A stretch of 35,985 nt of DNA from a virus (lineage: Duplodnaviria; Caudoviricetes). Each line of letters begins with the position of its first letter. Position 1 is the first letter of the stretch. Positions 26,331 through 33,721 of this stretch are shown in pieces. The stretch spans positions 1-35,985 of the IMG/VR virus record IMGVR_UViG_3300033067_000400; one strand, written 5' to 3'. Position numbers and translations under genes: made by a program. The notes beneath the pieces are model-generated. The model ran no database searches and was not told where the DNA came from. It was given only the letters and a program-made list of their open reading frames with translations.

Positions 26331-27326
26331 TTAGGAGATCGCGGCTTCTGTGTTCAACAGAGCGTCAGTGCGCTTGAACGGGATACCGTCGAAGCTCAAC
26401 ACTTTCTTGCCAGCCACATCGTCCATAGTCAATGTAGAGCCAGCGACCTTGTTCGCGATTTGGCGACGCAAGAAGCTAGTGATGGTGCGGTTCGCGTAGA
26501 ACACAGCGCGGCCCATGTTGAGGTTAGGTGGAATTTCCACAGCTTGGCTCAACAAGTCGATCAAGTCGGCGCCAGAGGCAGCGTTCTTGGTCAAGTCGCT
26601 GATGTCGATGTTCGCGATGCGAACGACATAGCGCCAGTCGCGCAAGGTCACGCCGCAGTCCCACTTGTAGTGAGTGCGGTAGCCTTGGTAGCGGCCGCCA
26701 GCAGCGTCGAGCAATGTCTCTTCGCCGAGGTCTTGCACGTCCAAACCAGCCTTAGAGCCTTTTGGATAGATGCCGTGGATGGTGTTGTCACCCCACACGA
26801 CCAAGTAGATCGATGTGTTGTCGGAGCCAGAGCCGCCACCCAACAGGATGTTCTCGCCGTTTTCGACGCCAGACTTTTGGCTGTAGCGAGCGGCCAAGCC
26901 AGTGAACTTCTCGGGGTCGAGAGAGCTGTCACCGTAGAACAAGGTGCTTGCCATTGTCTGGTTCATGCCTTCGATGAAGGCGCGGTCTTCAGACAGACGG
27001 AATGCAGCTTCGTTGCCGTTCAACTTCACCAAAGCCTTATCGACTTCAGCGTAGCTTTCCAGCATGCCGCAGGTGTCAGTGACTTGCACGGTGGTGCTCT
27101 TCTCAGGTTGCACACCGTAGTTCAGCTTGCGCCAAGTACCAGTTGGCAAGCCAGAGCGGATGGTCGTCTTGTGACCTGTGGGCAGGTTACCTTCGACCCA
27201 GCTCATGTCTTCCAAGATGGGGTTGGTTTGATTCAGGAGCTCGATAACTTTCGAGACCGAACCATCGGGATCCATACGCGTTGCCAAGTCGGCGAGCGTA
27301 GGCATGAATGTATTGAGAGTTGCCAT
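26331..27326 (-). CDS. Major capsid protein (BPP-1 Bbp17-like)
   Basis: TLAD...R.DP....IELL.QTN.IL.D....EGNLPTGH.TT.R.GLP..TWRKLN.GV...LRDWRYVVRIANID; strongly biased codon usage. Confidence 0.92.
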   Translation of the reverse strand: MATLNTFMPTLADLATRMDPDGSVSKVIELLNQTNPILEDMSWVEGNLPTGHKTTIRSGLPTGTWRKLNYGVQPEKSTTVQVTDTCGMLESYAEVDKALVKLNGNEAAFRLSEDRAFIEGMNQTMASTLFYGDSSLDPEKFTGLAARYSQKSGVENGENILLGGGSGSDNTSIYLVVWGDNTIHGIYPKGSKAGLDVQDLGEETLLDAAGGRYQGYRTHYKWDCGVTLRDWRYVVRIANIDISDLTKNAASGADLIDLLSQAVEIPPNLNMGRAVFYANRTITSFLRRQIANKVAGSTLTMDDVAGKKVLSFDGIPFKRTDALLNTEAAIS

Positions 27327-27337
27327 GATTTAGCCTT

Positions 27338-27997
27338 TCACTTTTTTGCCATTGAGGGGTACATGATCTCTGCTGCCGAGCGAGGTGAGCTGGTGTTGCC
27401 ACCGCGCACAAAGCCGTCATCAGAAATCGCTTTGCCGATTTTGTAAGCCATCTTCACGATCTCGGGATGGTTGCCAATCCCAGTCACGTTCAGCATTTGC
27501 TTCAGCTCGGGGGAGCCAAAGGTGTCAATCGTCTTGCGAGCGATCGCCAAGTTCTCGTTGAGCTTATCGCCCCCGATCTCCTTGTCGGTCTTCACCGCGT
27601 CGACCCACGTCTGCACTTGAGCTTGATGCGCTTCGGCTTGACGCTGGACCATCTTGGCCCCGATGTCAGCAACCTTTTGCGCCTGCTCTTGTGTCAGGCC
27701 GTACTCTTTCGCGATGCCCTTGAACTCTTCGGCGGCTGCCGTGTCGAGTTCGACGCCCTCTGGCATTTTCAAGTCATAGGACTCTGGGGCTTTCGTACCC
27801 TTGTCGTCCGCAGGCTTGGTGCCATCAGGATTCGCGCCGTCTGCGCCCGCGTCAGGCTTTACGCCATCGGTGTTCGCGTCAGGTGCATTGCCACCAGTGG
27901 GCTGTGCGCCCGTGCCGTCAGGCTTTACGCCATCTGCACTTTGTTGTCCCCCGGCATTAGGTGTGTCTTGGCCGGATACCAACGATTCAGTTGTCAT
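27338..27997 (-). CDS. Capsid scaffolding protein
   Basis: Start MTTESL at 27997. Low-complexity N-terminus with DGVKPD twice; APESYDL...GLTQEQAQK...GNHPE.VK....IGKAISDD. Confidence 0.8.
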   Translation of the reverse strand: MTTESLVSGQDTPNAGGQQSADGVKPDGTGAQPTGGNAPDANTDGVKPDAGADGANPDGTKPADDKGTKAPESYDLKMPEGVELDTAAAEEFKGIAKEYGLTQEQAQKVADIGAKMVQRQAEAHQAQVQTWVDAVKTDKEIGGDKLNENLAIARKTIDTFGSPELKQMLNVTGIGNHPEIVKMAYKIGKAISDDGFVRGGNTSSPRSAAEIMYPSMAKK

Positions 27998-28298
27998 TTG
28001 ACTCTTGCTCCTTGAGCATTGTCGTGTACACATCGGGACAGATCTCGTGGATCTCTCGAATCAACAAGAGGCCCATGTTGCGCTGTCCCTCCAAGAAGAA
28101 CGTCTGGCTGGTGCCCGTGAAGCTCGAGCGATAAACGCCCGCCTCTTCAAGTAAGCGCCAGATGAATCGACGGCCTTGCTTGGTACGTACAACCTCTTTG
28201 AAGTCCTCGATCTCCTTGTCGCGTTTCGCTTTGGCGGCGCGCTCATCGCGCTGTGCTTCTTGCTCTTGACGACGAAGGTCGGTCGGATCTCTTCGCAT
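27987..28298 (-). CDS. Bbp19-like protein
   Basis: D...V..T..GRRFIWRLLE.AGVYRSSF......FF.EG.RN.GL. Start placed at ATG 28298, downstream of the promoter -10. Confidence 0.8.
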   Translation of the reverse strand: MRRDPTDLRRQEQEAQRDERAAKAKRDKEIEDFKEVVRTKQGRRFIWRLLEEAGVYRSSFTGTSQTFFLEGQRNMGLLLIREIHEICPDVYTTMLKEQESNDN

Positions 28299-28314
28299 GC
28301 TGTTGTTGTGGTTG

Positions 28315-28347
28315 ACTTTACTCATTGAGAATTACCTTATCCGCACC
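28315..28347 (-). promoter_or_regulatory. Putative late promoter (scaffold/capsid operon)
   Basis: GGTGCGGATA-17 nt-TAAAGT. Confidence 0.72.
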
Positions 28348-28348
28348 G

Positions 28349-28837
28349 TCACTCGTTCGACTCGAACATGGTGGGGTACATGATTTTGTGTTGCGCTTCC
28401 ATCTCGGCCATTGCCTTGAGGTGGTTGAACTTGCCGTCGGTGATCGGGCCACCGGGCTCCCAGTCGTCGCAGGTACGGCTGGCAGTGCAAGGAATGTCGA
28501 ACTCGTCGCAGTAGCCCCCGCCCTCGCCCGTGTCCACCCAGCTGGGGTCGACCTCTGGTGGCGTGGGTTGTGGGTGGCTCTTGATGCAGTCGTCGATCAG
28601 CTTGGTCTTCCAGTAGTGACCGCAGTTGGAGCACAGCATGTGCTTGGCCGCCTCGACGGGCACGTTCCACTTTTCCGACTTGTTGAGCCAGAACATCTCC
28701 TCGGGCGCCTTGGGGTTGGCTGGGCCGAGCGCTGCCTTGTTGATGCAGATGATGTGGTTCTGGATGTTGAGCGCTTTGTCGGTGAGCACCACGGGGCAGG
28801 CCCCGGTGGTGAAGTCGCCCTCTGGCAGTTCCATCAT
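28349..28837 (-). CDS. Cys-rich, HiPIP-like hypothetical protein
   Basis: CSNCGHY...GYCDEFDIPCTASRTCDDW; AAGGA RBS. Confidence 0.65.
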   Translation of the reverse strand: MMELPEGDFTTGACPVVLTDKALNIQNHIICINKAALGPANPKAPEEMFWLNKSEKWNVPVEAAKHMLCSNCGHYWKTKLIDDCIKSHPQPTPPEVDPSWVDTGEGGGYCDEFDIPCTASRTCDDWEPGGPITDGKFNHLKAMAEMEAQHKIMYPTMFESNE

Positions 28838-28846
28838 GGCCTGTCC

Positions 28847-30532
28847 TTATTGCTGGGGGATGGTGTCGCCATAGCCCTGATACATGTTCATGATCTGGGC
28901 TAGGTTCGCTTGGTCGGTGTCGCCTGCCGTCTTCGCAGCGTCTGCGAGCTGTGGCGCGGCGGCCATCGCTTGCTGCGCAGCCTGTTGCTTGGCGCGCTCT
29001 GCACGCACTTGGGCCACGGCGTCGTCGGGGATGATGAGCTTGGGGTTCACGCCGAACATGTCGCCCGTGTCATCGATCATCTGGTCGAAGTTGATCTTGT
29101 CGATGATGTCTGGCTTGACCGCAGCGATGTTGCCCACACGCACCAGCAGCTGGTCCATGCCTTGGGCTGCCACGGCGCGCTGTGCCTGTGCCAACGTGGA
29201 GATGAACTCGATCTCGATCTCCATGCCCTGCAGCTCTTTTGGAGGCGGTGGCAGGATGCCAGCCTCTTTGCAGTAGTCGAAGGTCAGGTCGATCATCGGG
29301 CTCAAGAGCTCGTTGTGCAGACGCTCGAGCACGGGGCCGAGCATCAACAGCTTCTCTTCGTGGCGCTCGGCCACCTCGGTCGCGGTGATACCGCTGCGGG
29401 TGTCGTTCGCCAACATGAGGAACAGGTCGGCGTAGTAGGCCGAGCGGATGCGCTCGCGCACGTCTTGAATGTCCATCAGCAAATGCTGCAGGTTCAAGTT
29501 GACCTCAAAGGCCGAGCGCACGCCCTGCCCCGCTGCCGTCGTGTCGACGTGGAAGACGCCGCCCGGCAGGCGGGCCTTCGCGTAGTCCTTGTAGGCGCTT
29601 GGCACCTGCAGAGGTGGGTTGGTCTGGTAGTCGATGCCCTGCGCCTTGCGCAGCTGCTCGTGCTGGAGCTGCTTGACGTCGCCCAAGCACTCCATGCCCG
29701 GCGACTGGCCGTAGATGTCGTTGCCCGTGACCACCCAGCGGGGAACCAGAGCGGGGAAGCGATCGAAGCCCGACTCGCGCAGGAACTTGTCTGGGTTGTC
29801 GTTGGCGGGCTCGAAGTAGCATGAGCTGAACTTCTTGTTGAGCGCGTCCTTCTTGGTCAAGTCGCGGTCAACGCGTGGCTCGACCATGTGCATGATCGTG
29901 ACCCACTGGTCGAACTTGCCCATGTCGAACATGTTCTTGACCGTGCCCGACACGTTCTTGATGCCGAACTGCTCGACGAGCTGGCCCACGGTCATGTCGA
30001 CTTCGCGCACGATCGTGTTCACGTTGCCCTTGTGATCGGTCGAGATTGCGTACTCGCCCACCGTCATCGGGTAGTGGTGGATCACGTTGTCGAAGTCAGG
30101 CAGCACGAAGGTGGCCGCAGTGCCGAAGGCGCCGAGCTCCTCGTACAGGCCGTGCAGCGCACGGTAGGTGTTGCTCGCAGCGTAGATCGCGCGGATCAAT
30201 TCGCCCGTGTCGTGCAGCCATGCCTTGACTGCGCTCGACTCCATGAGGTCCTTGTCGGAAATGCCGAGGCGGAACCACGGACGCGCTGGGCTGGTCATGC
30301 CAGCCATCATGCCCGCAGAGAGCGTGCGCAACGCAAACATCGCCGTGTTGTCGTAGATGTTGTTGTGGCGCTTCTTGCCTTGGTTGCGGTCGCTCGTGAA
30401 GAAGCGCCCCGCACGCGGCAGTTGATACTCGCTGATCTCTTTCCAATGCGAGTCCCAGCTCGACCGCTCCGTGTAGAGGGCCGCCTTGCGTTGCAGTTTG
30501 CGATCGCGCGGGGTCTGGTATTGCATGGTCAC
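28847..30532 (-). CDS. Portal (head-tail connector) protein
   Basis: L..ERSSW..HW.EI..Y.LPR; GMTSPARPWFRL; YG.SPGM..LGD.KQLQ; TATEVAERHEEKLLMLGPVLERL. Confidence 0.95.
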   Translation of the reverse strand: MTMQYQTPRDRKLQRKAALYTERSSWDSHWKEISEYQLPRAGRFFTSDRNQGKKRHNNIYDNTAMFALRTLSAGMMAGMTSPARPWFRLGISDKDLMESSAVKAWLHDTGELIRAIYAASNTYRALHGLYEELGAFGTAATFVLPDFDNVIHHYPMTVGEYAISTDHKGNVNTIVREVDMTVGQLVEQFGIKNVSGTVKNMFDMGKFDQWVTIMHMVEPRVDRDLTKKDALNKKFSSCYFEPANDNPDKFLRESGFDRFPALVPRWVVTGNDIYGQSPGMECLGDVKQLQHEQLRKAQGIDYQTNPPLQVPSAYKDYAKARLPGGVFHVDTTAAGQGVRSAFEVNLNLQHLLMDIQDVRERIRSAYYADLFLMLANDTRSGITATEVAERHEEKLLMLGPVLERLHNELLSPMIDLTFDYCKEAGILPPPPKELQGMEIEIEFISTLAQAQRAVAAQGMDQLLVRVGNIAAVKPDIIDKINFDQMIDDTGDMFGVNPKLIIPDDAVAQVRAERAKQQAAQQAMAAAPQLADAAKTAGDTDQANLAQIMNMYQGYGDTIPQQ

Positions 30533-30741
30533 ATACCCAAGAGGGATGGCTTCGAGATGTCCAGTGCGCCCGGCTGCAAGCCCGCTGGGCCTGTCAGCAA
30601 CGTGCCGCCTGCCATTTCGCCTGCAGCCTTGCGTGACTTGCGGTCAACGCGGATCGCGTCGACGGTCTCAGGTTGCTTGACCTCTGCTGGTTTCTCGGGC
30701 GCTGCTGGCGCTGCTGGTGCTGATCCGCCTCCAAGACACAT
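30529..30741 (-). CDS. Small virion protein (T7 gp7.3-equivalent)
   Basis: MCLGGG..P..P...GTLLTGP.G......K.SLLG, immediately upstream of the portal; AAGGAG RBS. Confidence 0.8.
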   Translation of the reverse strand: MCLGGGSAPAAPAAPEKPAEVKQPETVDAIRVDRKSRKAAGEMAGGTLLTGPAGLQPGALDISKPSLLGM

Positions 30742-30752
30742 GGCGTACTCCT

Positions 30753-32291
30753 TCAGATTGATTGGTAGGGATCGTAGGCGAGCGTCTGCGCGTTATCCGC
30801 ACCGCGATCGAGGTTGTGCCGTTTGGGCGAATCCATGAGCGCGAGGATGTAGGCGGTCGCCAAGTCAGGGCTGCGGCCAATGCGGTCGACGATCTCTTGG
30901 CGTGACTCGACCTTGATGGTCACCCCAGACATCGACCACTTGGGTGCGCACAGCTCGGCGGCCAGTTGCTTGTCGGGTGGCAGGGCGATGCCCGTGTCGT
31001 TGGCTGGGTCGAGCGCCTCGCGCATCTTCCACCACAGCTGGCTGCGCAGGTTCATGAAGCCCAAGCGCCCCGACTTGTCCATCGTGGTGGCCTTCTCGGC
31101 CACGTTCACGCCGAACACGTCTTGGCGTGCGGTCTTCAAGAAGTCGTAGGGCGATGCGCCCACGCCGATCACATCGAGGTGGATCGGGGCGCGGTCACGC
31201 ACGGTGCCGATCACAAGGCCTGCGACCTTGGGGCCATCGGGGGTCTCGGTGCCGGGGTAGACCTGCGCGCGGTCGAACCACATGCCCTCGTGGCGGGCAG
31301 CGATCGTGGTCTTGTCCTTGCCCCCGCGTGCGACGTCCACGCCGACGCTCATCATCTCGCCCTTGGGTGCGCGCTCTTTCCAGCGTGCCATTGCGATGTC
31401 GACCCACGCGGTCGGGATCACCTGCCACGGGTCGTCCTCCATGCCTGCATGGAAGTCGCCGTACAGCATCTGCGAGCGCAGTGGCTCGGGCATCGCCTGC
31501 AGCGTGGTCATGTAGCCCGTGCCCATGAGGAATGGGTTGTCGCTGATCCGCGAGGGGATGAACGTGCGTGACTGGGGCTTGATGATCTCGCCGTTGTGGT
31601 CGATCTCATCGCCTGTCTCGACCCAGACGTCCTTGCCATCGATCACGGCCACGTAGCGCAGCTCGCCGGGCGCGGTGGGGTACAGGTGGTGCTTCTTGTC
31701 CAGCCAAGGCCCGAAGAAGTCGATGATCCATCGGCCCTCTGCGTTGGTTGGCGGGTTGAAGGTCATGAGCGTTTGGCAGTGCTGGCCGGGGATCGTCGTG
31801 CGCACCCAGCCCATGAGAAAGCGCGCCTGCTGCTCGAGGAAGTTGGCCGCCTCATCGAGCACGAGGAAGTCCTTTGGCCGCCCTTGGTGCTTGGTCTCGT
31901 CGCCCAAGTTGGGCACGGAGCCGAACTCGATCTGCACCTTGCGCGGTCCAGCTGCACGCCAGATCTTGTCTTGGCCGTTGTAGCCGTCCTTGTTGCCCAG
32001 CAGCTCGGTGAGTCGGTCGATCACGCCCGTGAGCTGCGTGGCTTCACGTCGGAAGATCGCGACCTTGGTCTGCTTGGTGAGCGACTTGCCCACCGCGAGG
32101 TCGGTCTTGCCACCGCCCGCAGCGCCACCGTAGCCGATGACGTCTGCCTTGGACTCGAAGGCCTGCGTCTGTGGGCCCGGCAGTGGGCGCCACACGCTCA
32201 CGTTCATGTCGGCAGCCAGCAGACCGTCGAGCTCGGCCAGCTCCTCGGGCGTGAGGTACTTGGCGAGGTCGGCTGCGTCCTTCGCGTTCAA
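30753..32291 (-). CDS. terL: Terminase large subunit
   Basis: GGAAGGGKT Walker A, LVLDEA Walker B, TFNPP, GVDVARGGKD RNase H-like motif, RSPDLA. Confidence 0.93.
   Translation of the reverse strand: MNAKDAADLAKYLTPEELAELDGLLAADMNVSVWRPLPGPQTQAFESKADVIGYGGAAGGGKTDLAVGKSLTKQTKVAIFRREATQLTGVIDRLTELLGNKDGYNGQDKIWRAAGPRKVQIEFGSVPNLGDETKHQGRPKDFLVLDEAANFLEQQARFLMGWVRTTIPGQHCQTLMTFNPPTNAEGRWIIDFFGPWLDKKHHLYPTAPGELRYVAVIDGKDVWVETGDEIDHNGEIIKPQSRTFIPSRISDNPFLMGTGYMTTLQAMPEPLRSQMLYGDFHAGMEDDPWQVIPTAWVDIAMARWKERAPKGEMMSVGVDVARGGKDKTTIAARHEGMWFDRAQVYPGTETPDGPKVAGLVIGTVRDRAPIHLDVIGVGASPYDFLKTARQDVFGVNVAEKATTMDKSGRLGFMNLRSQLWWKMREALDPANDTGIALPPDKQLAAELCAPKWSMSGVTIKVESRQEIVDRIGRSPDLATAYILALMDSPKRHNLDRGADNAQTLAYDPYQSI
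30771..30803 (-). promoter_or_regulatory. Putative late promoter (portal operon), inside the terL 3' end
   Basis: GGTGCGGATA-17 nt-TACGAT. Confidence 0.7.
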
Positions 32292-32827
32292 GCCAGATCC
32301 TCGAAGTCTTTGCGCTGCTTAGCCAACGCCATGAGCTGTGCCACACGCGCAGCGCGTGCGGTCTCGTCGATCGCCACGGGCCCGCCGTCCTTGCCTGTGA
32401 GCTCGAGCTTCTCGCCGAACTTGCGACGGCGGTAGCCCTTCAACAGGAACTGCGCGAGGCCGTCGCTGTACTTGCGCACGGTGAGGAACTTGAGCGAGCC
32501 GTCTGGGTTGCGTGCCTGAATCCAGTTGCCCTCGTCGTCGACCTCGTACTTGCCGTTCTCATCGCGCTCGTAGACGGGCGTGAGGTGGCCTTGGTAGACC
32601 ACGGGCTCCTCGACGCCCTCGAACGCACGGCGCCGCGCTTCGGCCTCGAGGTAGTCGTAAGCGTCCTCGAGCGCGTCGTCCCACGCAGCTGCGAAGTCTG
32701 CGTCCTTGTCGCGCAGTGCGTACACCGCAGCGGAGCTAATGCCGACAGCGCGGCACGAGCCCGCGACGTTGCAGGACGTGCGCAGGTGATCGAGGAATGG
32801 GGTAACCCAAGGTGCGTATTGGCTCAT
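32288..32827 (-). CDS. terS: Terminase small subunit
   Basis: N-terminal HTH, FAAAWD.A......LEAEARRRA.EG, KYSD.L..FLLK, ELTGKDGGP; overlaps terL. Confidence 0.85.
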   Translation of the reverse strand: MSQYAPWVTPFLDHLRTSCNVAGSCRAVGISSAAVYALRDKDADFAAAWDDALEDAYDYLEAEARRRAFEGVEEPVVYQGHLTPVYERDENGKYEVDDEGNWIQARNPDGSLKFLTVRKYSDGLAQFLLKGYRRRKFGEKLELTGKDGGPVAIDETARAARVAQLMALAKQRKDFEDLA

Positions 32828-32833
32828 GTGACG

Positions 32834-32866
32834 ACTCTACGGTTTGGTGGTGCGGTTATCCGCACC
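32834..32866 (-). promoter_or_regulatory. Putative late promoter (terminase operon)
   Basis: GGTGCGGATA-17 nt-TAGAGT. The box is part of the palindrome GGTGCGG-N4-CCGCACC (32849-32866). Confidence 0.72.
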
Positions 32867-33004
32867 CTCAGCCGCGTGGCGCAGCATGCCCAGCCCGATA
32901 CCCGCGATGACCAGCCCGCCGTCACTCACGGCTACGCTGTCAAAGCACACGGCCATAGCCACGCCGATCATGAACACGAACAGCCCAGTGTCGACCTTGC
33001 TCAT
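32837..33004 (-). CDS. Small two-TM protein (55 aa)
   Basis: MSKVDTGLFVFMIGVAMAVCF...GLVIAGIGLGML; ATGA coupling. Confidence 0.55.
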   Translation of the reverse strand: MSKVDTGLFVFMIGVAMAVCFDSVAVSDGGLVIAGIGLGMLRHAAEGADNRTTKP

Positions 33005-33174
33005 TGCTTCGCCTTTCTTGTTTCCATGCAGAACGAGCCGTCGTGGCGCGCGTGCTTGGTCACCACCTTGTGCAAGCGCACGCACTCTTCGCGGGTTGCG
33101 ATGTTGTCGATGTGGCCCTTGTAGATGCCCGTGTCGGTGACCAGCATCAAAACCCAGACTGTGATGGCCGTCAT
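33001..33174 (-). CDS. Small hypothetical protein (57 aa, not in ORF track)
   Basis: MTAITVWVLMLVTDTGIYKGHIDNIATREECVRL...FCMETRKAKQ; ATGA overlaps at both ends. Confidence 0.6.
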   Translation of the reverse strand: MTAITVWVLMLVTDTGIYKGHIDNIATREECVRLHKVVTKHARHDGSFCMETRKAKQ

Positions 33175-33416
33175 GCCTCACCGCCTTTCGCTTTGACCCA
33201 GAACTCGGGCGTCTGGGCTCTGGTCTTGTACTGCACGATGTCACGCACCGTGCGCTTGCTCACGTTGTATTGCTTCGCCAGCGTGCGATACCCGATCCCC
33301 TGCTCCTCGTGCAGCTCGCGCATCTCATCGACCTGTGCGTCGGTGAGCTTGGCGCGATGATGCGATTCGCCGATCCTGTACCGCCGTTCATTCAGCGTCA
33401 GCGTCTTCTGCTCCAT
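33171..33416 (-). CDS. HTH DNA-binding protein (candidate late-gene activator)
   Basis: GE.H..AKLT...V.E.R.L....G.....LA.QYNVSKRTV..IV..K.R HTH. Confidence 0.75.
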   Translation of the reverse strand: MEQKTLTLNERRYRIGESHHRAKLTDAQVDEMRELHEEQGIGYRTLAKQYNVSKRTVRDIVQYKTRAQTPEFWVKAKGGEA

Positions 33417-33430
33417 GCCATTGCCTTTCT

Positions 33431-33721
33431 CGCAAAATATTGCGTGTAACCCTTGTAACCCTTGAACCCTTCTTTTCCATAAACCCCCTACACTCTCCCT
33501 TAGTTAGTGTTCACTAACTTATTTACGTTTTATTCCTTTCCATATACAAACAAGGGTTACAAGGGTTACAAGGGTTACAGAGCGCATAAACACTAGGTTT
33601 TTCTGTAACCCAACTTGCAATTTGTAACCCATTCAAGAGGGTTACAACCCCCTCAAGCAAGATCGTCGAGGTCAACTAACTCGCTTTTTGCCCTCTGCCA
33701 ACCCTTGAAAACGTGTAACCC
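33431..33721. repeat. Putative replication origin with iterons
   Basis: TGTAACCC/GGGTTACA iterons in both orientations around an AT-rich core containing the palindrome AGTTAGTG-TT-CACTAACT, directly downstream of the primase-helicase. Confidence 0.8.

Noticed and set aside
26320-26345. T7 10A/10B-style frameshift extension of the major capsid protein
   Set aside because: No slippery heptamer near the end, and additional stops follow immediately.
27850-27934. 19-bp direct repeat CGTCAGGCTTTACGCCATC
   Set aside because: It encodes the DGVKPD repeat in the low-complexity scaffold N-terminus; an ordinary internal duplication.
28299-28325. Longer Bbp19 start at 28325
   Set aside because: That ATG lies within the promoter spacer, upstream of the -10, so ATG 28298 is preferred.
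28337-32866. GGTGCGGATAA boxes as XerC arms (one mismatch to E. coli dif GGTGCGCATAA)
   Set aside because: None has a XerD-like arm after a 6-bp spacer, whereas all have a -10 hexamer at a fixed 17 nt and precede operons. A promoter reading fits better.
33445-33646. Repeats as a CRISPR array or telomere-like tract
   Set aside because: The 9-bp units lack unique spacers, occur in both orientations and sit next to the primase, which fits iterons.
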